IMG/VR virus record: IMGVR_UViG_3300030329_002885
Length of the DNA: 23,645 bases
From: an uncultured virus (IMG/VR IMGVR_UViG_3300030329_002885)
Taxonomy: Duplodnaviria > Heunggongvirae > Uroviricota > Caudoviricetes > Crassvirales
Strand: one strand, 5' to 3'
This document shows positions 1 through 10,497 of the stretch, one piece after another. The notes under the pieces were generated by a model that saw only the letters and a program-made list of their open reading frames with translations, had not been told where the DNA came from and ran no database searches. Made by a program: the position numbers and the translations under genes. Numbering within the stretch: the first letter of the stretch is position 1; each line of letters opens with the position of its first letter.

Positions 1-1
1 T

Positions 2-3000
2 TCTAAAGAAGGTTTAGAATCTGCTTTAATAGGATTTTTAACTGGAGGTATTATGGGAGGTGGACAATCTGTTATAGGTAAAACATATGCAACTAGAAAA
101 AGTAATGCACAAGCTCTTACGGATTTAATAAATAGTGGAATATTTGACAAAGCAAATCAAAGATATGGTACAGCTGAAGCTTCATCTGCAGTTCTTAAAA
201 GAATGCATGATGCTCTTCAAAAAGGCGATATAAAAAAATTTAAAGATGAGCAGTATAAGCTTATACAATATCAAGCATTAGAAGCATTAGAAAGAGGTGG
301 GTTTGATGTTATGGTTCAAAAACTAGAAGACTCTAAAAATTTATCTGAAACAGAATTTATGGAGTATTATGGTTATCCGCAAGAAGACAACTCTGGTAAA
401 CCATTAACTTTAAAAGATTCTACTGATAAATCTCAAGACGAAGTTATAGATGGAGTTATAGAAAAGTTAAAACGATTTGAACAAACATATGATACTGTAA
501 ATGAAAGATTTCCTTTGCAAGACAAAACATCAGGACTTCCTAGATTGTTAATGTCTACAGAAGAAAGAGCAGCAGAAGATGCCGTTTACAATAAACAAGT
601 AAACTTAAGAAATAATCTTATATTTTACGGGTCTGAAATTAAAGATAGGAATAGAAGAATGGATGCTATTACTAATCAAATGCAAGACACTTTAAACGAC
701 TCTTTACAAGGCAGTGCTTATGCTGGTACAGGACCTCAACTTGATGTGCATGGAGCATTACAAGAACAAAGACCATCTTTTAAAGGAATAGACCTACTTA
801 AAGATGAGACTGGCGAAGTTGAGCCAGCTACTGAATATGACGCTACTAAACAATTACAAGATACTGGAAAAAAACTTCAACAAATAGCAGATAACTTAAG
901 ATTAACAGACCCTATAGCAGCAGATAAATTTACACAGCAGGCAAATGATTATATGGAGTTATTAAGAGATAACAATACTGCTCTTGACGCTTATAATAAA
1001 TTGTCTTCAGATAGCTATGCTCAAGAGCAAATGCAAAAAGAAATTGAAGAAAGAGAAGCTATAGCTAAACAAAATAAAATAGACAAAGCTGTAACAGAAG
1101 CTGTTGAGAACGCTGAAGCTCCACAAGACTTTGACAATGTAGATTTAGAAAACGCATCTCCAGAAATTGCTGCTAAAGGTAAAGCAAAATTAATGGAACT
1201 TCGAGATGCTGAGTTTGCTGAGTATAGAAAATACATGGCAGAAGATCCTAACGAAACTGATAATGAAAAATTAGAACGTTTAAAAAAGATAGACAAAACT
1301 AAATTAACTTCTATTCAAAAAGCAGGTTTAGCAAAAGCTATAAATACTTTAGAAAATAAACTTAATGAAGATCCAGATACAGCAGAAGAGCTTCCATCTA
1401 GAGAAGAAGATAATGTAATGGAAGAAGCATTCCAACCAGATAATGTTGGAGGTGTAGAGTTAATTAGTGAAGACGGTAGAAAGTTTCAAGTTGATGGAGT
1501 AGAGTTACACAACAGAGAACTTAATCCTTTAGATGCAATAGTTAGAACTAGAGCAGGAAGAATAAAACAAATTAACTTAACAGATAAAAACGGCAAACGT
1601 AAAATTATATGGAAACAACCTACGGTTGATGCATTAGCTTATGCTATTTTAATGTCTGAACAACTTAAGCTTGACACAGAGCAAGGTAAAATTAGAGAAG
1701 AGTTATTAGATAGAAAAGAAGTTGTTTTAGAAGAAGTAGAAAAAGAAATGGGTCGTAAGACTGGGCACGGAGCTAAAACATCTGAAAGTTTAAGACAAGA
1801 AATATACTCTTTAGAATTAGGATTACAAGAAATTTTAGATGCTTATGATGAATTAAGGACTAGTTATATACAAGATGCTGGAGCTACTAAAGAAGAACTT
1901 AAAAACGACCCAGACCTTACAGAGCTAAAGAAAAAAATAAAATCATTAAAATTACAAATATCTCATAGAAGAAGAATATTACAAACTAGAGCTGAAGACT
2001 CTACTCCTACAGATCCAGAAATTTTAAGAGTAGAAAATAAAGCTAACGCTGCAATTGATAATTATAATGTAGAACTTTCTGAATCTGAAAGTACTATAAA
2101 GCAGCTTCAAGATGAAATAGAGTATCAAGAAAGTCTTTTAGAAGGATATAAACAAGCAGACGATTTAGATTCTTGGAGGCAAGCAACTAATTCAATTAAA
2201 AATAAAGAAGCATTAATACTAAAAGAACAAGCTAAGCAGGAAAAGCTTAAACATAAAATAAATTACGAACAAGCAAAATTAAAACGTTTACAAGATGCAA
2301 AAGACAACGACCCTAACAAAAATGCAGAGCCGTCTGAACAAACAGCTGCAGAACAAACTGAAGGACCAATCGATGCAAGAGAAGATAAAAATATTGGAGA
2401 AAGCGTTGAAGGACAGGAACCTGTTATAGACGAAGAAACTGCAGAAGAAGAGTTTAGCAATGAAGAAAAAGCTACTCAAAAACAAGCTACTATAACTCAG
2501 AATAGTAATTCTAATACTGCTGAAGACCCAGGACAAAGTGAGCCAGGAACTCCTAAAGAAGGTATTATATTTGGATTACCTGAAGGTATGACTGAACAAG
2601 ACTTAATGGAAGAAGGATCTACTACTGACCTTGGTAGTTTGGTAGGGCCTTCTACAACAGCTTCTCCAGAGGAAAATACAAGTGTTGAAGATTTAGACGT
2701 AAAAGCTGCTAACATAGATAAAGTACAAAAAGTAGGTGAAGATACTTATGACAAAAGAGCTAAGCGTAGAATAGTAGTAGATGAGTCAGGTAACCCTTCT
2801 AGATATACTCCTGATATGAGTAACGGGCAAATAATAAAAATTAATCAAGACTTATTATTGTCTCCAGATATTGTTGGAACAACAGTTACATTTGAATTAA
2901 GAACTAATGATTACTTTACAGAAAGAGTAGCAGAAGAAGGTTTGGAAAATGCTTGGAAATACGTGCCTATATATTATAAAATAGGCAATGAATATGTAGG

Positions 3001-4072
3001 TAAATTAGAAGAGTCTGACTCTCCTCAAAGAAGAGCCCTTGCAAATAAACTTGAAAATGGAGAAATAGTAACAACTAGAATATCTAAAGTAGTCAGTGGT
3101 CCAAGAAATGTTAATCATGCAATTACAGAAGATGGTACTCCTTTCTTTATACATCCTGAAGCAACCTTTGGTAAAAACGAAGTTATACTAGGAGTAGCTA
3201 ATGGATATACTCAACAATTTGAATTAGGTGATGTTGACTCTAGATTAGATCAAGGCGATGCAGACGCAATAGTTACAGGTGTAGGACAAACACCTCTTGG
3301 TAAAATAGGCTCTGGTCAAGTGGTAGCTGTAATTAGACCTAAAAATAATCCACAAGGAGATGCTAGAGTTACTCCTTTAAGTACTGCTAACTTAAGCGCT
3401 GAAGCTCAAGAAGGCGTTATGAATCTTCTTAAACAAGGAGAATTAGATAGAGCCAGTCAGATTGTAGCTAATTCTAATATATCTGAAGGAGTAGACACAA
3501 ATCCAAACTTTATAGAATTTGCTGAATTTCCAGATGGTAGTAAAGCTATTGTATATAAAAGCCCATCTAAAGGAAATTTAATTAGAATTAAAGAAGGCCA
3601 GTTACAAAAAGCTTTAAATGGAGAGCCACATAAATATGACTTTGTAAAAGTTAATGGAGATAAATACCAAGTATATACTCCACAAGATAGTATAGTTGAT
3701 ATTAAAAAAGATTTAACTAACTTTATGGCGGATAAAAAATATCATGTAAATGTTAATTTAGTGAATATGGCTACAGACTATACTAACCCTATTAATGGTA
3801 AAGAGTATAAATCTACTGCAGACGCTCCGTTTGGCTATCAGCAATATCTGTTTGATAATGGAAATGCTGGAGGTAGAATTCTTTCAACTGATGTAGTTAA
3901 ATTAGGGGAGAGTTTATTTAATAATCCTCAAGTTACTTTTGAAGGTATAGACAAAGATATGGTAGGAGAAACAGAAGTAGAACTTAAAATAGAAAGAAAC
4001 GATGCTCAAATTATAGATGATATAGCAGATGAGGATATTAGCTTTGATGATAAAACCAATGAGTGTAAATAA
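2..4072 (+). CDS. Giant virion cargo/ejection protein of crAss-like phage (5'-truncated; acidic, coiled-coil rich)
   Basis: The frame is open from base 2 (SKEGLESALIGFLTGGIMGG...), so the ATG at 53 is probably internal. Long E/K/Q-rich helical segments and an acidic low-complexity linker (~2290-2700). Lies directly upstream of the virion RNAP, as for crAss-like cargo genes. Ends ...NECK-TAA. Confidence 0.7.
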   Translation, partial: SKEGLESALIGFLTGGIMGGGQSVIGKTYATRKSNAQALTDLINSGIFDKANQRYGTAEASSAVLKRMHDALQKGDIKKFKDEQYKLIQYQALEALERGGFDVMVQKLEDSKNLSETEFMEYYGYPQEDNSGKPLTLKDSTDKSQDEVIDGVIEKLKRFEQTYDTVNERFPLQDKTSGLPRLLMSTEERAAEDAVYNKQVNLRNNLIFYGSEIKDRNRRMDAITNQMQDTLNDSLQGSAYAGTGPQLDVHGALQEQRPSFKGIDLLKDETGEVEPATEYDATKQLQDTGKKLQQIADNLRLTDPIAADKFTQQANDYMELLRDNNTALDAYNKLSSDSYAQEQMQKEIEEREAIAKQNKIDKAVTEAVENAEAPQDFDNVDLENASPEIAAKGKAKLMELRDAEFAEYRKYMAEDPNETDNEKLERLKKIDKTKLTSIQKAGLAKAINTLENKLNEDPDTAEELPSREEDNVMEEAFQPDNVGGVELISEDGRKFQVDGVELHNRELNPLDAIVRTRAGRIKQINLTDKNGKRKIIWKQPTVDALAYAILMSEQLKLDTEQGKIREELLDRKEVVLEEVEKEMGRKTGHGAKTSESLRQEIYSLELGLQEILDAYDELRTSYIQDAGATKEELKNDPDLTELKKKIKSLKLQISHRRRILQTRAEDSTPTDPEILRVENKANAAIDNYNVELSESESTIKQLQDEIEYQESLLEGYKQADDLDSWRQATNSIKNKEALILKEQAKQEKLKHKINYEQAKLKRLQDAKDNDPNKNAEPSEQTAAEQTEGPIDAREDKNIGESVEGQEPVIDEETAEEEFSNEEKATQKQATITQNSNSNTAEDPGQSEPGTPKEGIIFGLPEGMTEQDLMEEGSTTDLGSLVGPSTTASPEENTSVEDLDVKAANIDKVQKVGEDTYDKRAKRRIVVDESGNPSRYTPDMSNGQIIKINQDLLLSPDIVGTTVTFELRTNDYFTERVAEEGLENAWKYVPIYYKIGNEYVGKLEESDSPQRRALANKLENGEIVTTRISKVVSGPRNVNHAITEDGTPFFIHPEATFGKNEVILGVANGYTQQFELGDVDSRLDQGDADAIVTGVGQTPLGKIGSGQVVAVIRPKNNPQGDARVTPLSTANLSAEAQEGVMNLLKQGELDRASQIVANSNISEGVDTNPNFIEFAEFPDGSKAIVYKSPSKGNLIRIKEGQLQKALNGEPHKYDFVKVNGDKYQVYTPQDSIVDIKKDLTNFMADKKYHVNVNLVNMATDYTNPINGKEYKSTADAPFGYQQYLFDNGNAGGRILSTDVVKLGESLFNNPQVTFEGIDKDMVGETEVELKIERNDAQIIDDIADEDISFDDKTNECK

Positions 4073-4082
4073 AAATATATAG

Positions 4083-7000
4083 ATGGCTTGTAAATTTAAA
4101 AGAGATAAAGAAGATAATATAATAGGGGCCTTAGCTCCTAATGAAAAAGACTCTATATTATTCAATGAGCTTAAAAGAATAACTGGTAATATTAATACTG
4201 CTAAAAAAGAATATGACCGTGTTAGATCTGAAGCTTTTAAAAAATGGTTTGGAGTTGATTGGGAAAAATCAAACTTAGCTGATCAAGCAATTGCAGGAAT
4301 GTATGTAGACAAGAATGGAGAGCCTATAGTATTTGCTGACAAAGGTCGTTTTGTTTATATGAACAAAGACGGTAAATTTTTAGAAGTTCCTAATGCTAAG
4401 ATTACAAAACATACTAGTGGAATGACTTTGCAAGTAGAAAACAATTTAACATCTATTGCTTTTCAGTTTGTAAAAGAAGGAATGAATAAGAAAAACTTTG
4501 ATCCTACTAGTTTTTTTAACCCTACTAAAGATAAACCAGGCAAAGGATTATTAGCTGATGAATTATTAATGCAAGCTTTTAGAGGTATTCCACAAAGCAA
4601 CAGACAGCAAGCTAGAGAATTATTTGCAATATATAAAAAGTCTGGATTTGACGCTATGTTAAAAGCTATGCCTGCAGGAGTTACATTTAATCCTGCTAAA
4701 AATTTAGGTAGATCCTTTTTATCTATATATGATCAATGGAATGATGTAATAAATCCTATCACAGGAAACGTAGATAGAGTTGGATGGAGAACTAGAATTC
4801 AAAATAGACTAGATGAATACGGGTATAAACTTATAGATGATAAAGGAGAGATTGCAGAAATAGATGAAACACCTGTTCGTATTCATGATATATCTAGATT
4901 ACAAGAAGACCCTTTAAGTAAGCTATCTAGAGAAAGTAGATCTATATTAAGTAATATTCCTTCTACTGTAAAAGTTTATGGGTATACAGTAGATATGGAT
5001 ATGGCAGATGTTTATAGCGTTGTGTCAGAAGCTACTGTGGGACAGACAGCTTGGAATGGTATGGTATCACAACTTGAAAATATTGTTAGGTATAAACCTA
5101 CTATGCAACCTATACTTGATAAATTAAAAAAAGCAACAGTAGAAGAAAAAGCTGCACTATTTGCAAACTTTGCAAATTCTTATAAAAACTTTTTATTGTT
5201 TAAAGCTACTAGACAAGAGCTTTACAATCAACAATTAGGGGCAGTTGAAAATTTTGTGCAAACTCAAATGTTTAGCTCAAATCAAAGTAATATAGCTTCA
5301 AAGGCATTGCAGCAGTGGAATGTAAATTCTAAAGAATATGATACTTCAAATCCTAGAGCATTATATAAAGTAGTTGCTGATGAAACTACAGGAGAACCAA
5401 AGCTTGTTATATCTAAACAAAAAAAGAATGCTATAAATAACGCATTTAATAAAATTGAAAAATCTATTAGAAAAAATAGAGGACAACAGCAATCAGTGCC
5501 AGAAGAAGCTGTTGAAGGTTTAGGAGAATTTTTATGGGAGTTAGGCATTGATTATGGTAAAACTAAAGAAGAGTCTATAGATAATTTAAAAAGATATTTT
5601 GAGTTAGGGGATATTAGAAAAGATAATATTATAACAGGTATGCCTTTGTTTATAGAGTTTATGCAAGGAAAAGGTAAGAAACCAAGACCATTAAGACTTT
5701 TAAAGGATAATATTAATAAAGAAAATCTTGTAGATATTTATGAAGACCAAAGATCTATAATAAGAAGACTATCTACAATAAGTCATTTATTTGAAGATCA
5801 ACCATTTGGCTCTTTTATTAGTGGAACAGGTAAACAGTATTGGCCTATTAATCAGCCTACACCTTTAGACGAGTTTGCACAAAACATGAAATCAGGAACT
5901 AAAGTAGATTCTATATTATTAGAAATGTTAAAAGATCCTTTTTATAGTCCAGGTAATGATATAAAGCATACTTCTGTATTGCTACAAGCTTTACATGCAG
6001 CTAATGGAAAAGCTAGAAAAGGTCTTGAAGTAGAGACTGTAGATGCATATAAAAATCCTAATGAGTCTGTAGCAACATCAGACTATTCAAATCAATCAAA
6101 TAGAACTTCTTTAATTGTAAGGTTAAATGCATATGCTAATAATGCTAATGATGATTTTATGAAGATAGCTATTCCTACACAAGCAGATAGAAAAAGATTA
6201 GACTTTGTTACTATTCCTAGAACAGAAAGATTATTAGAGTTTGGGGTAAATGTTACAAGGAAAGATATAATAGAAGGACTTATATTACAAGATCTTGCAA
6301 GAATAGCACGTGCTCAACAGCAAATTAAAGATGCTATAGATAATGAAGATAATAGCCAATTAATTGAAGGTTATCACTATAGAAAAGGATCTAATCCTAC
6401 AGCAGGAAATGGATCTGTATTTGACATGACTCAAATTTTTAATTTAGAAGACAGTAAAATTACTAAAGATATAAAAATGTCTGATGAGGTAAACAGATAT
6501 TTATCTGGAGATGAATTATATTTAATTTCTCCAGATGGCAAAGTGTTTCAAAACATGTTAGATAAAAAAGTAGCTGAGATAGAAGGAAAACTTGAAGAGT
6601 ATACTAATGAGTTAAATCAAACTATTAAAGATTATAAAATAAATCTTCCTACAGATGTACACTCTAAAATGTCTATGAAAAAAGATTTTATTAAAGACTT
6701 TGTTTTTAATGATTTTGTAGGTAGAATTGAGATTGCTAAGTTAACTAGAGGAGGATTTGCTTTTGCAAAAGATACAGAAGATTTTTATAAACGTGCTGGT
6801 CTTTTAAATACTCCAGGTACTAAGTTATTCTTAAAAAGTATGACTGAAGAAGGAGGAAGTCAGTATGGTATGATGGATACTTACAATGAAATAACTATAA
6901 GAGATTTTGATTTTAACAATACAGAAGCTGCTGGATTTGTAGCTAACAATATATACAATACTTTAGTAGACCAGGGTATGGTTCCTGAAGATGCTAAAAC

Positions 7001-10000
7001 TATAGCAGATAAATACAGAAGTGTAGAAAAAACAGATGCTCAAGGTTTTATTAGTATAGATATGTACAGAGGTATTATGATGGGTATGGGTCAATGGGAT
7101 ATGAAGTTAGATGAAGCTGCATACAAAAGAGAAAAAGCAGGTCTAGGATATAATAGGCCTATCTATCCAATAAAACCTTATCATGAACAATTATCATCTG
7201 ATAATGGTATTATGACAATGTATATGAATAAAAATTCATATATGGTTATTACTCAAGAGTTAGCAAATAATATGCCAGACTTAGAAAACTTAAGGCAAAA
7301 AATGCGTTCTGATAATATACATGTTATTAATGTAGATAGCGCAACAAAAGGAGCTAGAAAAAATGTTTTAGATTTACAAGCAGGCCAGTCTTTAGATGAT
7401 GCAACTATTGTAAAAATGGATTCGTCTAAATTAAGACTACCTCAAATTACACCTAGATCTGAAAAAAATGAAATTACATTTTCAAGACAGATTAGAAAAA
7501 ATATTATAACAAATCTAGATAGAAGAGAAGGCAGTTTATATACACTACAAGGTGAGCCTATAAGTGGTGAAGATTTATATATGCTATATCAAGAAACAAT
7601 AGCAACTAATTTAAAAGAAGATACTAAAAATCTTAATAAAGAATTAAAACTTACAGAATTAGAAAACATTCCACAAGGCACTTTAGAATATAGAGATGCT
7701 AAATTAGAACATTTAAAAGTTTTAAGGGATAGAATGAATGATCAAATTAAAGATAGAGACTTACCTCAAAACTATTTAAATGGACTAAACATTGTACCTA
7801 ATGGCCCATATGACTGGACCTTTGAAGTTCCTTTATCGTTTCCTAATTACCAAGCAAAGTTTGAGCAAATATTTTTTAGTATTTATAATAATGCAATTTT
7901 TAATCAAAAGATTAAAGGTGTAGATGCTGTACAAATTGCAGAGCTAGGAGGATCGGGCGCAGACTCTATGAATGAGTTAAAATTTTATAATATTGATGAA
8001 GACTCTCTTATAGCAGAAGTTAAAGTAAAAGCCAGTACATTAGGTATAGATCCTGCAACTCCTATAGAAGAAGTAAATCCTAATCTACTTACTATGGTAG
8101 GATATAGAATGCCTAACCAAGGTAAAAATTCAAGCTTAGTTATGAGGGTAAAAGAGTTTTTACCAGAGTCTCATAAAAAAGCTATTATGGTCCCTGGAGC
8201 AATAACTGTACAACAAGGAGCCGATTTTGATATTGATAAATTAAACTTAATATTACCTCAAACAAAAATGGTTGATGGTAAACTAGAAAGAATACAACCA
8301 GACTATAAAAAAGATCTTTCTAAAATGAGTCGAGAAGAAAGAGATAATATTGTATTAGATATTTTTGAATCTATATTAACTGATCCTAGACATTTAGAAG
8401 AGTCTGTTACACCTTTAGACTCAGACAGATTGCCAGATCTTGCAGCTGATGTATCTGAGTTAAGTAGTAGTGTTGATTATAATAATCCGTTAGCAGAGAT
8501 TAAAATGGAAGATAGAAATAAAGCAGGTATTGCTTTAAGAGGTTTATGGGCTAATCAGTTAGCAGGTAGAAATGTAGCACAAACTTCAGGTAATTTAACA
8601 GTTAGTCAAGACTACGCCCCTATAATAAACTATGGAGATTTTCAAACAACGTTTAGTATAATAGGACAAACTAGAGAATTAAATCCGGTTACAGGGCAAT
8701 TTACTGGACCATATACAGATTATAATATATCTATGTATTTGTCAGCAGCAGTAGATGCAGCAAAAGATGCTATTCAAATTGACATAAATGATAATATATA
8801 TACACTGCCTACAGCAGGGCTAATGTTGAGTACAGGAGTTCCTGTAGAAGATGTTGTATATTTCTTATCTCAACCTGGTATAAAAGCTGTTATCGAAAAA
8901 GCAAAACTAGAAGACACACCTCCATCTAAACTAAGTGGTTTAATTGACAAAGCTATTTTAGAGTTTAATCCTAAATTTGACAAACTTAGTTTTTCTACAA
9001 CTAGAGCTATGAATTCAGGAGAATTAAGAAACCTAGACGGAGCAGATCCTATAAAACAAGCAGAGTATTTAAGTAACTTTAAACACATGTTTACTGCAGG
9101 AAGACAATTACAATCTGTATATAGAATAATTACACCTGACAACTTAGATAATATAAATGAAATGTCTTCAATATCTAGCTGGTTAGAAACAGAAGAAAGA
9201 TATTTAACAGGTGTAGAGTCAAATATAATTGAAGGAGCAGAACAATTTGTTAGAGAGAATGCATCTAATATCGATAATCCATTAAATGCAATAGCTTTAA
9301 ATTATAGAAACATATTTGATACAATGCTAAGTGCTGCAGAAAATGTAGGATTTATAAATAATAGGCCTGCATTTTATATGTTTAAAAAACAACTACAAAG
9401 AGAACTAGGTAAAGTTTCATTTACAGCTGATCAACATAAATTTATAGATAAAACTTTATTTTTAGATTTAATGACAAGACCAGAAAGTCCTTTTGTTCAA
9501 AGCAAACTTATTTCAAAAGATACTTTTAACGCTTTATATACTAATCCATCTAAAAATATTATTACAAGACTAGCTAGCATGAAAGCTAAATATCCTAAAT
9601 TAGCTAGAAGTCCTTTTATATCTATGCTTCATGCGGATGACCACAACCAAAGAAAAAACACAGGAGTGTATTTAATTAAAATGGATACCTTACTAGAGTC
9701 TTCTTCAAACACTAAAAATATTTTATCTAATAACTTATTACAAATGGTTACTGAACCTCAAAGGTTTGCTAATGATCCTAATAATAAAAATGAAATAAAA
9801 GAAATTGTTACTTTTGCTAAACTATTAGTAGCTAATCAAATTTATACAAAAGGTTTTGCTTTAGGAGCCGGTACATATATAGATATAATACCTTCAGACT
9901 TTTTTACTACTAATATGTTGTTTCCTAAATATGAGTCTCCAGTTGACTACTATAAAAGAGCATCTCAAGGAACTTTAAATAGTAATTATTTTGTAGATTC

Positions 10001-10487
10001 AAATCTTATTAATAGTTTTGTAAGAAACTTTGGAACATTAAAACCGGGAGGATCTAGCATGCTTAATTTTGTTAAATGGAACAAAGGTTTTGAAAGTAAA
10101 GATGGTTTAAGAAAAAATGTAATAAGCTTTACACCAAAAGATTCAAGAGTTTGGAATGGAAATTCAGGATATGCGGGATACTTTATATCATATCCTCCAT
10201 CAGCAGATCCTATTATATTTGTAAGAAGTGCTGTAGATTCTGCAGGGGTTGTATTTTATACTCAACTACAAACAGCTGGATTACCTGGTAAATTAAATGA
10301 GTTTGGAGTAACAGGTCCTAATGAAAAGTCTTTAACTTCTAAAGAAACTGATGCAAGAACCTTTAACTCTCCTAATGAAGTTATATTTGATGAATTTTTT
10401 GGACAATCTAGATTTACTATGCCTAACATTCCAGAGTATGTATCTAAACCAGTGCTTGATAAAATAGATAAAATCTGTAAAATATAA
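4083..10487 (+). CDS. Virion-packaged DNA-dependent RNA polymerase, crAss-like (phi14:2 gp66-type, two-barrel)
   Basis: 2134 aa. Catalytic DxDxD variant GADFDIDKL (DFDID at 8223-8237) preceded by GYRMPNQG. Also TDAQGFI and AAVDAAKD motifs that I recognise from crAss-like RNAPs. Size and context match phi14:2-type virion RNAP. Confidence 0.9.
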   Translation: MACKFKRDKEDNIIGALAPNEKDSILFNELKRITGNINTAKKEYDRVRSEAFKKWFGVDWEKSNLADQAIAGMYVDKNGEPIVFADKGRFVYMNKDGKFLEVPNAKITKHTSGMTLQVENNLTSIAFQFVKEGMNKKNFDPTSFFNPTKDKPGKGLLADELLMQAFRGIPQSNRQQARELFAIYKKSGFDAMLKAMPAGVTFNPAKNLGRSFLSIYDQWNDVINPITGNVDRVGWRTRIQNRLDEYGYKLIDDKGEIAEIDETPVRIHDISRLQEDPLSKLSRESRSILSNIPSTVKVYGYTVDMDMADVYSVVSEATVGQTAWNGMVSQLENIVRYKPTMQPILDKLKKATVEEKAALFANFANSYKNFLLFKATRQELYNQQLGAVENFVQTQMFSSNQSNIASKALQQWNVNSKEYDTSNPRALYKVVADETTGEPKLVISKQKKNAINNAFNKIEKSIRKNRGQQQSVPEEAVEGLGEFLWELGIDYGKTKEESIDNLKRYFELGDIRKDNIITGMPLFIEFMQGKGKKPRPLRLLKDNINKENLVDIYEDQRSIIRRLSTISHLFEDQPFGSFISGTGKQYWPINQPTPLDEFAQNMKSGTKVDSILLEMLKDPFYSPGNDIKHTSVLLQALHAANGKARKGLEVETVDAYKNPNESVATSDYSNQSNRTSLIVRLNAYANNANDDFMKIAIPTQADRKRLDFVTIPRTERLLEFGVNVTRKDIIEGLILQDLARIARAQQQIKDAIDNEDNSQLIEGYHYRKGSNPTAGNGSVFDMTQIFNLEDSKITKDIKMSDEVNRYLSGDELYLISPDGKVFQNMLDKKVAEIEGKLEEYTNELNQTIKDYKINLPTDVHSKMSMKKDFIKDFVFNDFVGRIEIAKLTRGGFAFAKDTEDFYKRAGLLNTPGTKLFLKSMTEEGGSQYGMMDTYNEITIRDFDFNNTEAAGFVANNIYNTLVDQGMVPEDAKTIADKYRSVEKTDAQGFISIDMYRGIMMGMGQWDMKLDEAAYKREKAGLGYNRPIYPIKPYHEQLSSDNGIMTMYMNKNSYMVITQELANNMPDLENLRQKMRSDNIHVINVDSATKGARKNVLDLQAGQSLDDATIVKMDSSKLRLPQITPRSEKNEITFSRQIRKNIITNLDRREGSLYTLQGEPISGEDLYMLYQETIATNLKEDTKNLNKELKLTELENIPQGTLEYRDAKLEHLKVLRDRMNDQIKDRDLPQNYLNGLNIVPNGPYDWTFEVPLSFPNYQAKFEQIFFSIYNNAIFNQKIKGVDAVQIAELGGSGADSMNELKFYNIDEDSLIAEVKVKASTLGIDPATPIEEVNPNLLTMVGYRMPNQGKNSSLVMRVKEFLPESHKKAIMVPGAITVQQGADFDIDKLNLILPQTKMVDGKLERIQPDYKKDLSKMSREERDNIVLDIFESILTDPRHLEESVTPLDSDRLPDLAADVSELSSSVDYNNPLAEIKMEDRNKAGIALRGLWANQLAGRNVAQTSGNLTVSQDYAPIINYGDFQTTFSIIGQTRELNPVTGQFTGPYTDYNISMYLSAAVDAAKDAIQIDINDNIYTLPTAGLMLSTGVPVEDVVYFLSQPGIKAVIEKAKLEDTPPSKLSGLIDKAILEFNPKFDKLSFSTTRAMNSGELRNLDGADPIKQAEYLSNFKHMFTAGRQLQSVYRIITPDNLDNINEMSSISSWLETEERYLTGVESNIIEGAEQFVRENASNIDNPLNAIALNYRNIFDTMLSAAENVGFINNRPAFYMFKKQLQRELGKVSFTADQHKFIDKTLFLDLMTRPESPFVQSKLISKDTFNALYTNPSKNIITRLASMKAKYPKLARSPFISMLHADDHNQRKNTGVYLIKMDTLLESSSNTKNILSNNLLQMVTEPQRFANDPNNKNEIKEIVTFAKLLVANQIYTKGFALGAGTYIDIIPSDFFTTNMLFPKYESPVDYYKRASQGTLNSNYFVDSNLINSFVRNFGTLKPGGSSMLNFVKWNKGFESKDGLRKNVISFTPKDSRVWNGNSGYAGYFISYPPSADPIIFVRSAVDSAGVVFYTQLQTAGLPGKLNEFGVTGPNEKSLTSKETDARTFNSPNEVIFDEFFGQSRFTMPNIPEYVSKPVLDKIDKICKI

Positions 10488-10497
10488 AAACTAATAT

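Noticed and set aside
53..55. ATG at 53 as the start of protein 1 (and GTG at 23600 as the start of primase)
   Set aside because: Both frames stay open to the window edges with protein-like sequence, so the genes are truncated by the window.
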